A stretch of DNA of 63,348 nucleotides, the filler included, from Sphacelaria rigidula (lineage: Eukaryota), in the NCBI GenBank assembly GCA_964200075.2. It is 9 parts of 9 records of this genome, joined end to end, with 100 filler letters (N's around TTAATTAATTAA, not from the genome) between each part and the next. Parts side by side here need not be neighbours in the genome. Positions count along the whole stretch, not along the records: positions 7,052 to 14,002 come from CAXNAA020017248.1; positions 14,103 to 21,052 come from CAXNAA020017249.1; 7 more parts are not named here. One strand, given 5' to 3'. Shown here one piece after another: positions 10,336-21,052 of this stretch; position 1 is the stretch's first letter, and the number at the start of each line of letters is the position of its first letter. A model generated the notes under the pieces. The model ran no database searches. It was not told the DNA's origin and saw nothing but the letters and a program-made list of their open reading frames with translations. The position numbers were made by a program, and so were the translations under genes.

Positions 10336-12489
10336 ATGCTTACTGCGTGCACTCGCATAGGTTGTGCCACAACGGCATCATATGCGTTACCGGGTGGCAA
10401 AAAGGCGGAATTCTGCGCCACACACGCCCGAGCGGACATGGTTGACGTGAGAAGCAAGCGGTGCGGTAAGGAGAGCTGCTCCAAAACTGCATCATTCGGT
10501 GCGGCCGGTGGTGGGAAGAAGTTCTGCGCCACACACGCCCGAGCGGGCATGATTGGCATGAAACACAAGAGGTGCGGCAATGAGGGCTGCTCCAAATCCG
10601 CATCGTTCGGTGCGGCCGGTGGTGGGGCGGAATTCTGCGTCACACACGCCCGAGCGGGCATGATTGGCGTGAAAAACAAGCGGTGCGGCAATGAGGGCTG
10701 CTCCAAACAAGCATCGTTCGGTGCCGCCGGTGGCAAGAAGGTCGAATTCTGCGCAACGCACGCCCGACCAAGCATGGTTGACGTGAGAAACAAGCGGTGT
10801 GGCAATGAGGGCTGTTCCAAACAAGCATCGTTCGGTGCCGTCGGTGGTCGGAAGGAGTTCTGCGCCACACACGCCCGAGCGGGCATGCTTAACTTCAACA
10901 ACAAGCGGTGCGGCAAGGAGGGCTGCTCCAAACACGCATCGTTCGGTGCCGCCGGTGACAAGAAGGCTAAATTCTGCGCCATGCACGCCCGAGCGGGCAT
11001 GGTTGACGTGAAGAGCAAGCGGTGCGGAAAGGAGAGCTGCTCCAAACAAGCATCTTTCGGAACGGCCGATGGTAGGAAGGAGTTCTGCGCCACGCACGCC
11101 CGAGCGGGCATGATTAACTTGAAAAACAAGCAGTGCGGCGAGGAGGGCTGCTCCAAACAAGCATCGTTTGGTGCGGCCGGTGGAAGGAAGAAAGAGTTCT
11201 GCGCCACACACGCCCAAGCGGGCATGGTTTACTTGAAAAACAAGCCGTGCGGCAAGGAGGGCTGCTTCAAACGCTCATCGTTCGGTGCAGCCGGTGGTAA
11301 AAAGGAGTTCTGCGCCACACACGCCCGAGCGGGCATGGTAGACGTGCAATACAAGCAGTGCGGCAAGGAGGGCTGCTCCAGACGACCATCGTTCGGTGCC
11401 GCCGGTGGCAAAAAGGCGGAATTCTGCGCCACACACTCCCGAGCGGACATGGTTGACGTGAGAAGCAAGCGGTGCGGCAAGGAGGACTGCTCCAAACACG
11501 CATCGTTCGGTGCCGCCGGTGGAAGGAAGAAAGAGTTCTGCGCCACACACGCCCGAGCGGGTATGATTCACGTGAAAAACAAGCAGTGTGGCAAGGAGAG
11601 CTGCCCGACACTACCATCGTTCGGTGCCGCCGGTGGCGAAAAGGCGGAATTCTTCGCCACACACGCCCGAGCGGGCATGATTGACGTGAGAAGCAAGCGA
11701 TGCGGCAAGGAGGACTGCTCCAACCACGCATTGCAGGAGGTGGATTTGTGCGCCACACCCGCCCGGCAAGGCTCTGTGAAGGGCAGTGACTCCGCATCCC
11801 ATGGTTGTTCCAATCGGGTGCGGGAACACGGGAATACCTGTCGTCTTGCTGCACACGGCCTGGCCATGGCGTCTGATGCAGCGAGACATATCCAAGAGAA
11901 GATCATCCCAAGCGATGGCTCGACCCTAGGAGAGGCTGGTGTCGGCTTTGATGGACATGGTGAAAGACTTGACCATCCATCCGGTGCCGGTCCCACTACG
12001 AGCGACGGTGGTTGTACCTCTTCTGGTCGTCGCAGCTCGCGCATCACCCGTGCCACGCGACGGGATGCGAATTCCATTACCACGCCGCCTGTCGCCTTGG
12101 GACAGCCCCCCGGTGCGGCGGCACCAGATAGGGTTCCTCTAGGTGAAGCAGAGACGTGCATAGAAATGAAAATCGACGCCACTGTTGCGCCTACGGGGGT
12201 TGTCGAGGAGATCAGAACTAGCGGCGAACAGGCCACTGCCCTATCGTGCAGTTGCGACAGCACGGGCAATGGCGGCTCTAGCAATATTACAAGAAACAGA
12301 AGCTTCGGTAGCAGAATTAGCAGTGTAAGGAACACTAAGCGGCCACGCCGGGCTGTGGATGTTGAGCCGGTATTTGATGTGGCAACGGGACATGATGTGA
12401 TGTCTGAAGAGGAGGGAGACGGCGTGAAGTTAGAATTGGACGTATCTAATGCCTTCCGTGACGCGTCCGCAGCCTTATCCCGCCCGTGA
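10336..12489 (+). CDS. EsV-1-7 cysteine-rich repeat protein (12 full + 1 degenerate C-x4-C-x15/16-C-x2-H repeats, disordered C-terminal tail)
   Basis: Uninterrupted ORF (GTG at 10327, first ATG at 10336) with tandem units like KRCGxEGCSKxASFGAAGGKKxEFCATHARAGMVDVxN, the EsV-1-7 motif of brown algae and Ectocarpus siliculosus virus. An upstream acceptor TGTGTGCAG at ~10221 suggests a spliced 5' UTR or upstream exon. Confidence 0.92.
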   Translation: MLTACTRIGCATTASYALPGGKKAEFCATHARADMVDVRSKRCGKESCSKTASFGAAGGGKKFCATHARAGMIGMKHKRCGNEGCSKSASFGAAGGGAEFCVTHARAGMIGVKNKRCGNEGCSKQASFGAAGGKKVEFCATHARPSMVDVRNKRCGNEGCSKQASFGAVGGRKEFCATHARAGMLNFNNKRCGKEGCSKHASFGAAGDKKAKFCAMHARAGMVDVKSKRCGKESCSKQASFGTADGRKEFCATHARAGMINLKNKQCGEEGCSKQASFGAAGGRKKEFCATHAQAGMVYLKNKPCGKEGCFKRSSFGAAGGKKEFCATHARAGMVDVQYKQCGKEGCSRRPSFGAAGGKKAEFCATHSRADMVDVRSKRCGKEDCSKHASFGAAGGRKKEFCATHARAGMIHVKNKQCGKESCPTLPSFGAAGGEKAEFFATHARAGMIDVRSKRCGKEDCSNHALQEVDLCATPARQGSVKGSDSASHGCSNRVREHGNTCRLAAHGLAMASDAARHIQEKIIPSDGSTLGEAGVGFDGHGERLDHPSGAGPTTSDGGCTSSGRRSSRITRATRRDANSITTPPVALGQPPGAAAPDRVPLGEAETCIEMKIDATVAPTGVVEEIRTSGEQATALSCSCDSTGNGGSSNITRNRSFGSRISSVRNTKRPRRAVDVEPVFDVATGHDVMSEEEGDGVKLELDVSNAFRDASAALSRP
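10342..11765 (+). repeat. Coding tandem array of 111/114-bp units (EsV-1-7 repeats)
   Basis: TTCTGCGCCACACACGCCCGAGCGGGCATG and TCGTTCGGTGC recur every 111-114 bp. Confidence 0.95.
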
Positions 12490-13819
12490 AAGTGGTAGCT
12501 GGATGAGAGGGGCCTATCACGTCTGTTTCCCGGAATTCCCGGCTCAACGCTGTCTTACTGTCGTTGCCTCATGTGCAGGTCGTGATTTCGTTCATACAAA
12601 TCTTTGCGATAGCAAGCTGCTCGCTGTTTGCAAGGTGGGTGGTGCCCTGTGTGGGGGGGGGGGGAGGGCGCCGAACCAGGATTGTGGATTTTCTGTGTGG
12701 TGTCATAGATCTTTAGTGATGCTCACCGCAGCATGGTGATGTTCTGCTCGTGGTTTGGTCGTCATTTCAAGCTCGTTTTTATGATGTCTCGGGTTATCTC
12801 AGTGTGCTCTCGGCAGGTCGTCGTGCAGGAAGATGCGGTTTAGCCACCCTAGAACTTCCGCGTCCCGGTAATGCAACCGGTTCCTCCGAGATCAGTTGCA
12901 GCGGGAAGTTGAGGGTATGCATCCCAGTGCATCCGTTTCCCCACGTAGGTGATCCCGTCTCCGATAATGTGAAGACGTGAGTATCGGAGACTAAGTGACA
13001 GTAGCCGAGGCAGTGAGGTAGTCCTGTCGGATTCGCAGTATAAAATATGAGACAGGAGTCTCCTACAGCGTAGTGGCACGACGCACACGCATCATGTAAG
13101 ACTCTACGTGAAAAAATAACACTACAGGTGGGCGTATCCGATACCTGAGTCTGCCCGTGCGCCTCTTACTCCGGGGAATCTAAATCTCGCGCGCGCCGGG
13201 AAGTTGGAGACTGCTCACACTGCAATCGAGTTATTATAACCTCTTGAAAGTCTGTTGAGTGTTGCAACAAGAGAGCCCAAGTGAATGTCAGCGAGTGAAC
13301 ATTGAGTTTTGATGACACTGGACTCTGAAATCAAGTCCTTGAAGCGGGTCTTGGTACAAGCTGACACCAAGAGTCTTCGCCACACATGCTTACTTCCAAT
13401 CAGTTGCTGATACCAGGCCGTTTGTGTTCAATCAACTCGTCAAACCCAGGTGCAAGTCGTACACTTGTTTTTTCATCACGATATTTTTCACTGACACACA
13501 ATCGACATACACTTCGGCTGCTTCCAACCAAGGGGCCTTACAGACTGGAATACGTCATTCACCGCCCCCCAATTCCCGAAAACCTCACTCTGGACGACGG
13601 GTGGGGGGGAGGAGGGGGGGTGGGTACCCCATTTTGGATGGGTAGGTACCCCGCTGATCAGATGAATAATGACGATAGTAGGTACTGTATTGTGCAGCAC
13701 GTGCATGAACGGCTTTTCCCGGCTTGTCACAGGCTTGTGTACAAGCTGGCTGCACGGCAGGTGGTGGGGGTACATCGAGCCTTGGCTGAGCAACGTCTGT
13801 ATCAGCTGTGTCTGTGTCT

Positions 13820-13905
13820 GTGTTGTCGTCCCATCTGTTCTGGACACCAGTCTACGCCTTCCGGTATACATGGGCGCATGAGCCGGGGTCACGTAGGAGG
13901 AAGGC
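13820..13905 (+). repeat. Short dispersed repeat; second copy at ~53228-53312
   Basis: TGTTGTCRTCCCATCTRTTCTGGAC...GGGTCAC...GGAGGAAGGC is shared by two different contigs. Confidence 0.75.
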
Positions 13906-14140
13906 CAACACGGGAGTTTTTTTTTCATTTGTTTTAGTTCTTCACCTTAGGGCCTGTCTTAACGAAGGGGATAATCCCCTTTCTCAAAACCCCCTTCTTC
14001 CANNNNNNNNNNNNNNNNNNNNNNNNNNNNNNNNNNNNNNNNNNNNTTAATTAATTAANNNNNNNNNNNNNNNNNNNNNNNNNNNNNNNNNNNNNNNNNN
14101 NNACAAATGGCCCAAAATCCCCCCCCCCCTATCGTAGGAT

Positions 14141-14590
14141 GACTCAGACGTACAGTTAGATTTCGCGAACCGCGCGTTTGCGAACCAAGTGAAGATTCAC
14201 TTCGTTGCCTCCAAATCCGATAAAAAAAGGGCAAGTTGCATCATTACGAGAACGAGGATTGTTGATTCGGTGCGATAGGGAGGAGTACGGGCGGGCGCGT
14301 TCGAGGCGCTGTTGGACTTGTTGGACGTGCACCCACAACTGCCAGGCCCCGCACCTCTGACCACGAGAGCCACGCCGACGGGATGAAAGGCTTTTACTCG
14401 GGTTGAAGCAGTAACCGCGTTAAGAACCATGGTCAGCCGTGCTGGCAGAGGCCCGTCCGAATACGCTTTACACTCAGGCAGGATTGGTGGAGCGACGCAA
14501 CTAGCGGCTCGAGGAATCTCCGAACTACAGATTGAACGAGCAGGACGGTGGAAGTCGAGGGCGTTTATGATTTATGTCAGGGAGAGGGCG
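14141..14590 (+). pseudogene. C-terminal half of a tyrosine recombinase from a DIRS/Ngaro-type retrotransposon
   Basis: One frame reads VKIHFVASKSD...YALHSGRIGGATQLAARGISELQIERAGRWKSRAFMIYVR (SKxD, HSxRxGGAT, GRWxS..Y motifs), with stops at 14276 and 14384. Confidence 0.9.
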
Positions 14591-14751
14591 CAGAGGGCGT
14601 CTCCGTCGCGCCAGGGGAACAGCGAGTAGGGTAGCCAGATGCTCAAGGTTAGGGCTTAACAAGATACTCGACTGTCCATCACGCTCGCCTAATGGGTGTA
14701 CTCATGATCATGCATGCCATAGCCATCAGACCATTGCGCTCGCCTAATGGG

Positions 14752-15630
14752 GGGGAGGTGGATAGCCCCGCAGGGGGTAGTAATAACATAATCGTCAGCG
14801 TCGATTTTCGGGTTAGCCTGATTAATAGTATGAGTGGTTGATGAGTTGATGGGGACAAAAATGCCCCGAGGCTACACCGCATTGAGTTCGATTTGTTTTG
14901 GTTGCAGGTATTTTAATTTGTGGTATTTCTAGTGGGACACTGCCGTACGTAGAAACGGGACAACACGTAATACCAGACTCCTTGAGCCGGAGCAAAATGT
15001 AGCGTTCAGTATGAAAGCGGTGTTTGTGGAGGCGTGTACGAATTCTGACAATGTGGGACGTACGTACAGAAAAACGGTGCGTTGTCTGTCCTTGTTTTTC
15101 AGCTGCATTGCCGCTGCCAGTAGAAAAGTTGGCCATCGCAGCTAGGTTGCCGCACACACGAGTACAGATACTATCACCAGCAACGAGAAGTCTTCACCTA
15201 GCAGCGGCCTACTGGTATAAGCAGAAGCACAAGTAGGAAGAAGTAGGCAAGAACCAGCGCGCATCGCAGAGGAACGATCGACTTTCCCACCCGCCGCCCC
15301 GTCGCTCAAGAAAGGGTGGAACCAGGGTGCAAAAAGTGGGCAGGTGACCGTGCAGAGTAGCACTACCATAACAGTAGGGGGAGAGGTGGATAGCCCCGCA
15401 GGGGGTAGTAATAACATAATCGTCAGCGTCGATTTTCGGGTTAGCCTGATTAATAGTGTGTAGTTGTTGATGAGTTGATGGGGACAAAAATGAACCGAGG
15501 GCATACCGCTTTGCGTTCGATTTGTTTTGGTTGCAGGTATTTTAATATGTGGTAATTCTAGTTGGACACTGCCGTACGTAGAAACGGGACAACACATAAT
15601 ACCAGACTCCTTGAGCCGAAGCATAAAAAT
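14752..15630 (+). repeat. Two ~245-bp direct repeats (14752-14999 and 15377-15630) downstream of the YR ORF; likely split direct repeats of an Ngaro-like element
   Basis: GAGGTGGATAGCCCCGCAGGGGGTAGTAATAAC...ACCAGACTCCTTGAGCCG occurs twice, ~628 bp apart, with few mismatches. Confidence 0.8.
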
Positions 15631-16217
15631 GGCCGAGAACTGGCATAGTAAAATTTGAACCCATAATGTTGTGCTCGGTAGAGCGTCAGCTTGCCCACTG
15701 AGCTACCTATTTCTTCAGTATTTCGTAATCATTTTGTACTTATAATAACTATCAAACAAACCTCTCTAAACAAAAGCATACTCGGTTGAGTGATTTTGGT
15801 AGACTGCGGAACACGGGGTTTTCAAAAGCAATGTGCATGCATATGCGAGGTACATACAGTCCCCCCAATATCCACGTCTTGAGCGGAAGCGTCGTATCTA
15901 AACTCATAGGCGTGTAGACACACACTCGATCGTAATCAGTGTGTCGGATGTCCATTCAGCAAAAGCTGTTGAGAATTATTGATCCTTTAGCCCATGTGCA
16001 TGGCCCGGGGGGCAAAAGGATGAAGTACTCTCAACAATTGTTGCTGCTTGTCGGATCCCATATGCTGATAACGGTGCAGTATGTGGGATATGCCCAGCTG
16101 ACGCTGTTCGCAATAAATATCTTTTTCCTCAATTTCCGGATGAATGGGAGGTCAAAGTGAAGATTTACTTCGAGCTTGTTCTGCTGTTCAAATTTCAAAT
16201 CTGCCAGCGTGCGGACG

Positions 16218-16406
16218 AATGCCGAGATAGCCCCCCCCCCGAACCGGCCAAAAATGTGCACGGAGGTGATGATCATAAGTGCCGTTAGAGCCGGTTTTGT
16301 GCTGCACGAAGCGACTCCTCTGAGCGTTATAGCTGATTTCGGACGGCTACACGCCTCTCAAGTGGGCGAAATTGCTGCAAAGGAGCCCAATAGTGGAATC
16401 GCAGCC
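16218..16406 (+). repeat. Truncated copy of the MITE at 17828-18062
   Basis: ~185 bp of direct similarity from TGCCGAGATAG to ATCGCAGCC. Confidence 0.8.
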
Positions 16407-16466
16407 TCGTTCCATTCGCTTGCCTTTGGCCATTTTGGTGGGATGTGTCATCCGAGAACCAGCATG

Positions 16467-16941
16467 ATATAAAAGATAATTCTATAAAATGAGGTTCTTC
16501 AATTATATGAGGTTCGAGCCCAAAATAGTACGTTCTCCACACTTTCAGCGATGGTGCCCGATGACTCTTTTGTCGGCCTGATGCCCCTCGATCACGTAGA
16601 TACCTTTTCAGCGCATTTTACCGACTCTGTGAGCTTACAGCGCTGACCGAAACCGCTGTTTTCCCTGACATCACCCCCCCCCACAATGGTCAAACGACTA
16701 AGGCAAGCAACAAATGAGTACGCCCCCCCCCCTGAAAAAGAAGTAGAAATGGCGGTTTCGGTCAGCACTGTAAGCTCACAGAGTCGGTAAAATGCGCTGA
16801 AAAAGAATCTACGAGATTGAGGGGCATTGGGCCGAAAAGAAAGTCATTGGGCACCATCGCTGAAAGTGTGGAGAAAGTACTGTTTTGGGCTCGAACCTCA
16901 TTGAATTGATGAACCTCATCTTATAGAATTGTCTGTTATAT
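16467..16941. mobile_element. Foldback/MITE element with ~190-bp terminal inverted repeats
   Basis: 16467-16656 is the imperfect reverse complement of 16752-16941, with a ~95-bp spacer and TA-rich ends. A fragment of the same terminus (AATTCTATAAAATGAGGTTC) lies at ~59479. Confidence 0.85.
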
Positions 16942-17827
16942 AGTGATGCTAGCCTTCCTGAGAGTACATTCGAGCCTACTACGCTCCCCGGTACATGTGC
17001 TTGAAGCCGATGCGAGCAGCGGCAAACTGGTCATAATAAAATGAAGCCGTTCATGCCGATTACATGGGCATTATGTGGACCACGTGTTGAAGACTTTCAT
17101 TGAGAGGCAACATCACAACCTGAAAGCGCCATGCCCACGCCACACAAGCCATCCGAGGAGCATGTCCCTGCTAACCCTTGTCAAACATCCAAAACGGCAC
17201 AGTACATATATGTCGGCACGGCCTACGGGCCAAGGCATCAAGGGGTGGGACAGCCATCGTATGTATCCAACGAAACTCCAAGACGTTCGCGGACGTCTCG
17301 GGACACGAAGCAGCCTTGCTTCCTTTCTTCTACTTAGTAATTCAATCAGTTGCACTACACAGTGAGGGAAACTTTCCACTCGGTGGGTGCTGTGGTGTAT
17401 ATCGCCGAGCGGTTCCTGCGGCGGAATGAAGCTCATATGCCGCGCCCCCCCGACGTAAACGGCCTGGAGATGCCTGCACTCTACATCTGCGGCACCAACT
17501 CCTACTCAGCCCTGGCCGGCCCAACTCCCGCCCTGAGTCTTACGTCTACTCTCTAGACCTTCCTTCCTGTTGCGTCACATTACGGCATCCGCATCAGTCG
17601 TCCGGAACTTCGCTTTCCCACCCCAAACTAGTTGGAGTAGGGATCCATCCCCATCCCTGGGGAAACAAATGTACTGTCTTGATACAGCGTCATCAAAGTC
17701 GGACGAGGTCAGCTTACATTTACCCACCCTCTTCTGGGGCATCGTCCAGTAACTGGTATCCATCCTTTCGAATGCGGTCGCCGACGTACAGGTTGCGAAA
17801 AAGTGGGGTTCATGGCTCCTTCACTGC

Positions 17828-18062
17828 TGCCGAGATAGTTCCCCCCCGAACCGGCCAAAAAAGTGCACGGAAGCGATGATCATAAATTCCGTTAACTAGT
17901 TTCGTGCTGCACGACGCGACTCATTTGGGCGTTATAGCTGATTTCGGACTGCTACATGCCTCTAATGTGGGCGAAATTGCTGCAAACGAGCCAAATAGTG
18001 GGATCGCAGCCGGTGTTTCGGACGGTCTCCGGTGCACTTTTTGTGGGGGTGCTATCTCGGCA
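17828..18062. mobile_element. MITE (~235 bp) with TIRs TGCCGAGATAG / CTATCTCGGCA
   Basis: Terminal inverted repeats, plus an internal AAAAAGTGCAC/GTGCACTTTTT pair; a second partial copy lies at 16218. Confidence 0.65.
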
Positions 18063-18507
18063 TTAGTCCCTTGTGGAATCGTCACGATCCACTGCCTCGC
18101 GCATGTCAGAAACCGCCGCCTTCCACACGTCCACCTCCTTATCGGAAATCAATCCCTGGGAGATCTTTGTGCGGGTATTCTCTATGATCTCTCGCTTTTT
18201 CTCCGTAACACTGCGGTGCAAACGTTGGGATGCGGACGAACACCGGCGCGATGAAGTATTTGGTGGCAGCCCGCGTTATGAAATGATCCGTGCAGAAAGA
18301 ACGTAGTCTCAGGATGCTCATTCAGGGAAACTAAATGGCGCCGACTCGGTTTCAGAAACCGGATGCGTCACATTTTTTCAAGGTTTCTCGCAGGACGGGC
18401 ACCGCTATATCCCATTACCTTATCCGTTCGCACGTGCATTTTGTCTGTAGTTTCGACATTCGCCCGACAATCATATTCCCATGAAATGTGCGCACTGTAA
18501 CATATCC

Positions 18508-19266
18508 TCATCCTTCAGGAGGGTGCACGGGACTTGCATTAGCCAAAGCGCCGCCAGAGTCTAGTGCGATATTATTGTCTGCCCTGTCATCTCTAACAAG
18601 GTCGATGATGGTCCCCTCGGCTTCTGACTGGGATGGTGAAGCGGATTCACTCGAGTTGTCATCTTCATCAGATAAAAAGACGCCATCTTCCTTGCGTCTT
18701 TTGTTGATGGAAACCGTAGCGCCGTTCTCCTTAGGATCACTATCGCAGCTCTTCTCTTCACGGTCACCGTCACCGCCGCGATCCCTGTCGGGGAGCCCGC
18801 CTCCATCAGATTCTTCTTGTCTTGTGCGGCGACTTTCCCCACACTCCGCACCGCCGGCATTGTTGCGGTTGTTGTCGCTATTCCCACGATCGGCACCGTG
18901 ACCTGCGACGGTGCCTTCGTCCGAGATATCAGGGAATGGCGATTGTAGAGGAGGTGCAGACGAAGGTTTCTTCTGAGGGGCGGAAAAGGTTCGGCGTTTG
19001 CCCTCCATTCTCCGCTTAGGGTTCATAGGGTGTACGCCTGCGCCACTTCTCTTGCCGACGGCATTACTGCCCGCCGATCGGCTGCTGCCGGAACGCGCAA
19101 GGCTGGTGCCGTCCTCTCTGCCTCCGCCCCCACCTCGAGCCCTATCCAGTCGGGTATTCCGAGCATCATCGGCATCGCTGCCCTCGGCGTTGTCCATACC
19201 ACGGTTGTGAGACTCAACAGGCTCGATACCGTCGCCGGGGCCGGGATCCCTCCATATCACTTCCAA
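18508..19266 (-). CDS. Low-complexity acidic/basic ORF, unknown; possibly the N-terminus of a decayed TE-borne gene continuing toward ~16950
   Basis: 252-aa ORF, disordered composition, no recognisable domain; only fragmentary frames downstream. Confidence 0.3.
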   Translation of the reverse strand: MEVIWRDPGPGDGIEPVESHNRGMDNAEGSDADDARNTRLDRARGGGGGREDGTSLARSGSSRSAGSNAVGKRSGAGVHPMNPKRRMEGKRRTFSAPQKKPSSAPPLQSPFPDISDEGTVAGHGADRGNSDNNRNNAGGAECGESRRTRQEESDGGGLPDRDRGGDGDREEKSCDSDPKENGATVSINKRRKEDGVFLSDEDDNSSESASPSQSEAEGTIIDLVRDDRADNNIALDSGGALANASPVHPPEG

Positions 19267-19871
19267 TCAGCGCGGTGGAGTTACGCCGCGGCTGAACATG
19301 GAGACGTTGTACGTCAGGATATGGTTCGGCATGGCATATTGTTACCGACATTTACAATTAATCGTATTACAATTCATAATCGTGCGAAGAGCGGAGGCAT
19401 GGGGCTAGCGGGATGCACTTCGATAGACTATGAAGTATCGCGTGCCTTCGACGTGCTAGCCAAAATAAAGAGGAAAAAGAGAAAACATACGAGGGGCACA
19501 ACGTCACGTGGGTGATACCAAAGTCAACCGCCGAAAAGTCAATCACATGCGGCGAGCGCATGGTGGCTGGGGAAGCAAGGGAATGAGCAACTCCAAGACT
19601 GCAAGGGGTCCGGTGCCAGTCATAAAAAAGCCAAAAGCGAGAATACAAAAAGCTCCAGCAGGCGGGGATGAACGTGCTCCACGCAAGTTCCATTCGTCGT
19701 CCGTGGTTGTGCGCCGAAGGAGCTCCGGTTGTAGGCTGTGGAAGAAGTCGATGGGCGGCACTGGTGTGTCCTGGACGTTGGAAATAGAGGGAAATATCTA
19801 AACGATAGGGGAAGAAAATAAAAGAGGAAAGAAAAAATGTCGGGATTGGAAAGCAGAAGGTATGTGGGAGC

Positions 19872-21052
19872 TCAAAGCGGTGCGTTAACATCATGTGTGC
19901 GATCGATATTATCTTGGATTCCGCGGCGGAGGCCTTTAGATTTGAGTCGCTGAAGACACCAAGCCCCTCGTGGTGTGGATGGACTGGTGGCACGGAGCTC
20001 TGGGCGGAGCTTGAGCTGCACGGGTCCGGTGTCATCGATGAAGCGCACGATGTATGTGTCAGGCGCGATGAGGTCTGTGAAGTGGGTCTGGCCTAGCCAC
20101 CAGAGGTTGTCGCTGCCTTTGTATCAGACGTAGGCGCCTTTAGGGAGAATTTCCTGTTTTGCGCGGATCTTTTCTTTCCAATGCTGGGTGGCTACCAATT
20201 CATAGCCATCGGCGGCAAAGCGCAAACCTTTGTCACGGTGAAGTTCGCGTGCTGCTGCGTCGCGGCTCATGTTGCGATATTTCTTGTTCTTAGCGTAATG
20301 TTGCTGCTGGGGTTGTGTCCAGTACAGGAGAATAGCTCGGCGGTGCAGCTGAAGGTCGGATTCGTGTTCCCAAGACGCTCTCCGAAGGCCTTGCCAGTGA
20401 GTCTTGTACATGACAGCAATCTTACCGCCTCGACCGTGGGTGATCCGGTGACCAGAAATGTGGGACACGGCGAGACGAAGGGATTGTTCCGTCACATCGT
20501 CGGTAGTAACGTGATGAGGCGGTGAATTGATCGAATAGCTGTTAAGTACGTACTACGTAAGACCGGCAGGCAGATATTTGGGACTGTCTCTGGTGTCATG
20601 CGGATTGATGAAAGGTTTACAACGTGGCACCGAGACGCGAGATTTGGCGTCATGTCCTTGAAGATCGCGAGGAAGATCGAGATAAAGAAGTTTGTCACCA
20701 ACAGGTTTGCCATAAGGTGATGATGGCGAGGGCCCTACGGTCAGAATCTTGAACGGTCCTGTCCAGTTGAGGAATAGCTTAGTCTTCAAGACTGTCTCGT
20801 TGGTAGCTCTGTCGGCGCCTTGGCGAATGGTTGACAAACTGCTGTAAACCCAGACCCAATCGCCAACCCTCCGAGTAGGTCGTTTGTGCATCAGATTGTA
20901 GAGAGCATTATTAGATCTCTCAAGACGCGAGGCGTTGATGGCGTGTTGTTCACGCACGAGAGTGAAAGCTTTGCGCTGGCGTGCACGCGCCAGGTCATGG
21001 TAGGATATCTGATCCTGATCCAAGCCTTGGTGGACATCAAAGGTGTGTCTCT
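19872..21052 (-). mobile_element. Ty3/Gypsy pol 3' end: integrase C-terminus, chromodomain-like and PWWP/Tudor-like modules (pseudogenised)
   Basis: VGDWVWVY...KLFLNWTGPFKIL, ISGHR...YKTHWQGLRRASWEHESDL, then LPKGAYV*YKGSDNLWWLGQ...YIVRFIDD...GAWCLQR; colinear with 40900-42082. Confidence 0.88.

Noticed and set aside
10293..12335. Long antisense ORFs (10293-11225, 10492-11217, 11568-12335)
   Set aside because: They are shadows of the GC-rich repetitive EsV-1-7 ORF.
10336..12489. Endogenous giant-virus (phaeovirus) insertion
   Set aside because: No other viral genes or gene-dense region in the contig; EsV-1-7 genes are a resident family in brown algae.
14141..14590. Phage or bacterial integrase (contamination or HGT)
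   Set aside because: The SKxD/HSGRIGGAT/GRWKS pattern and the downstream direct repeats fit DIRS/Ngaro retroelements.
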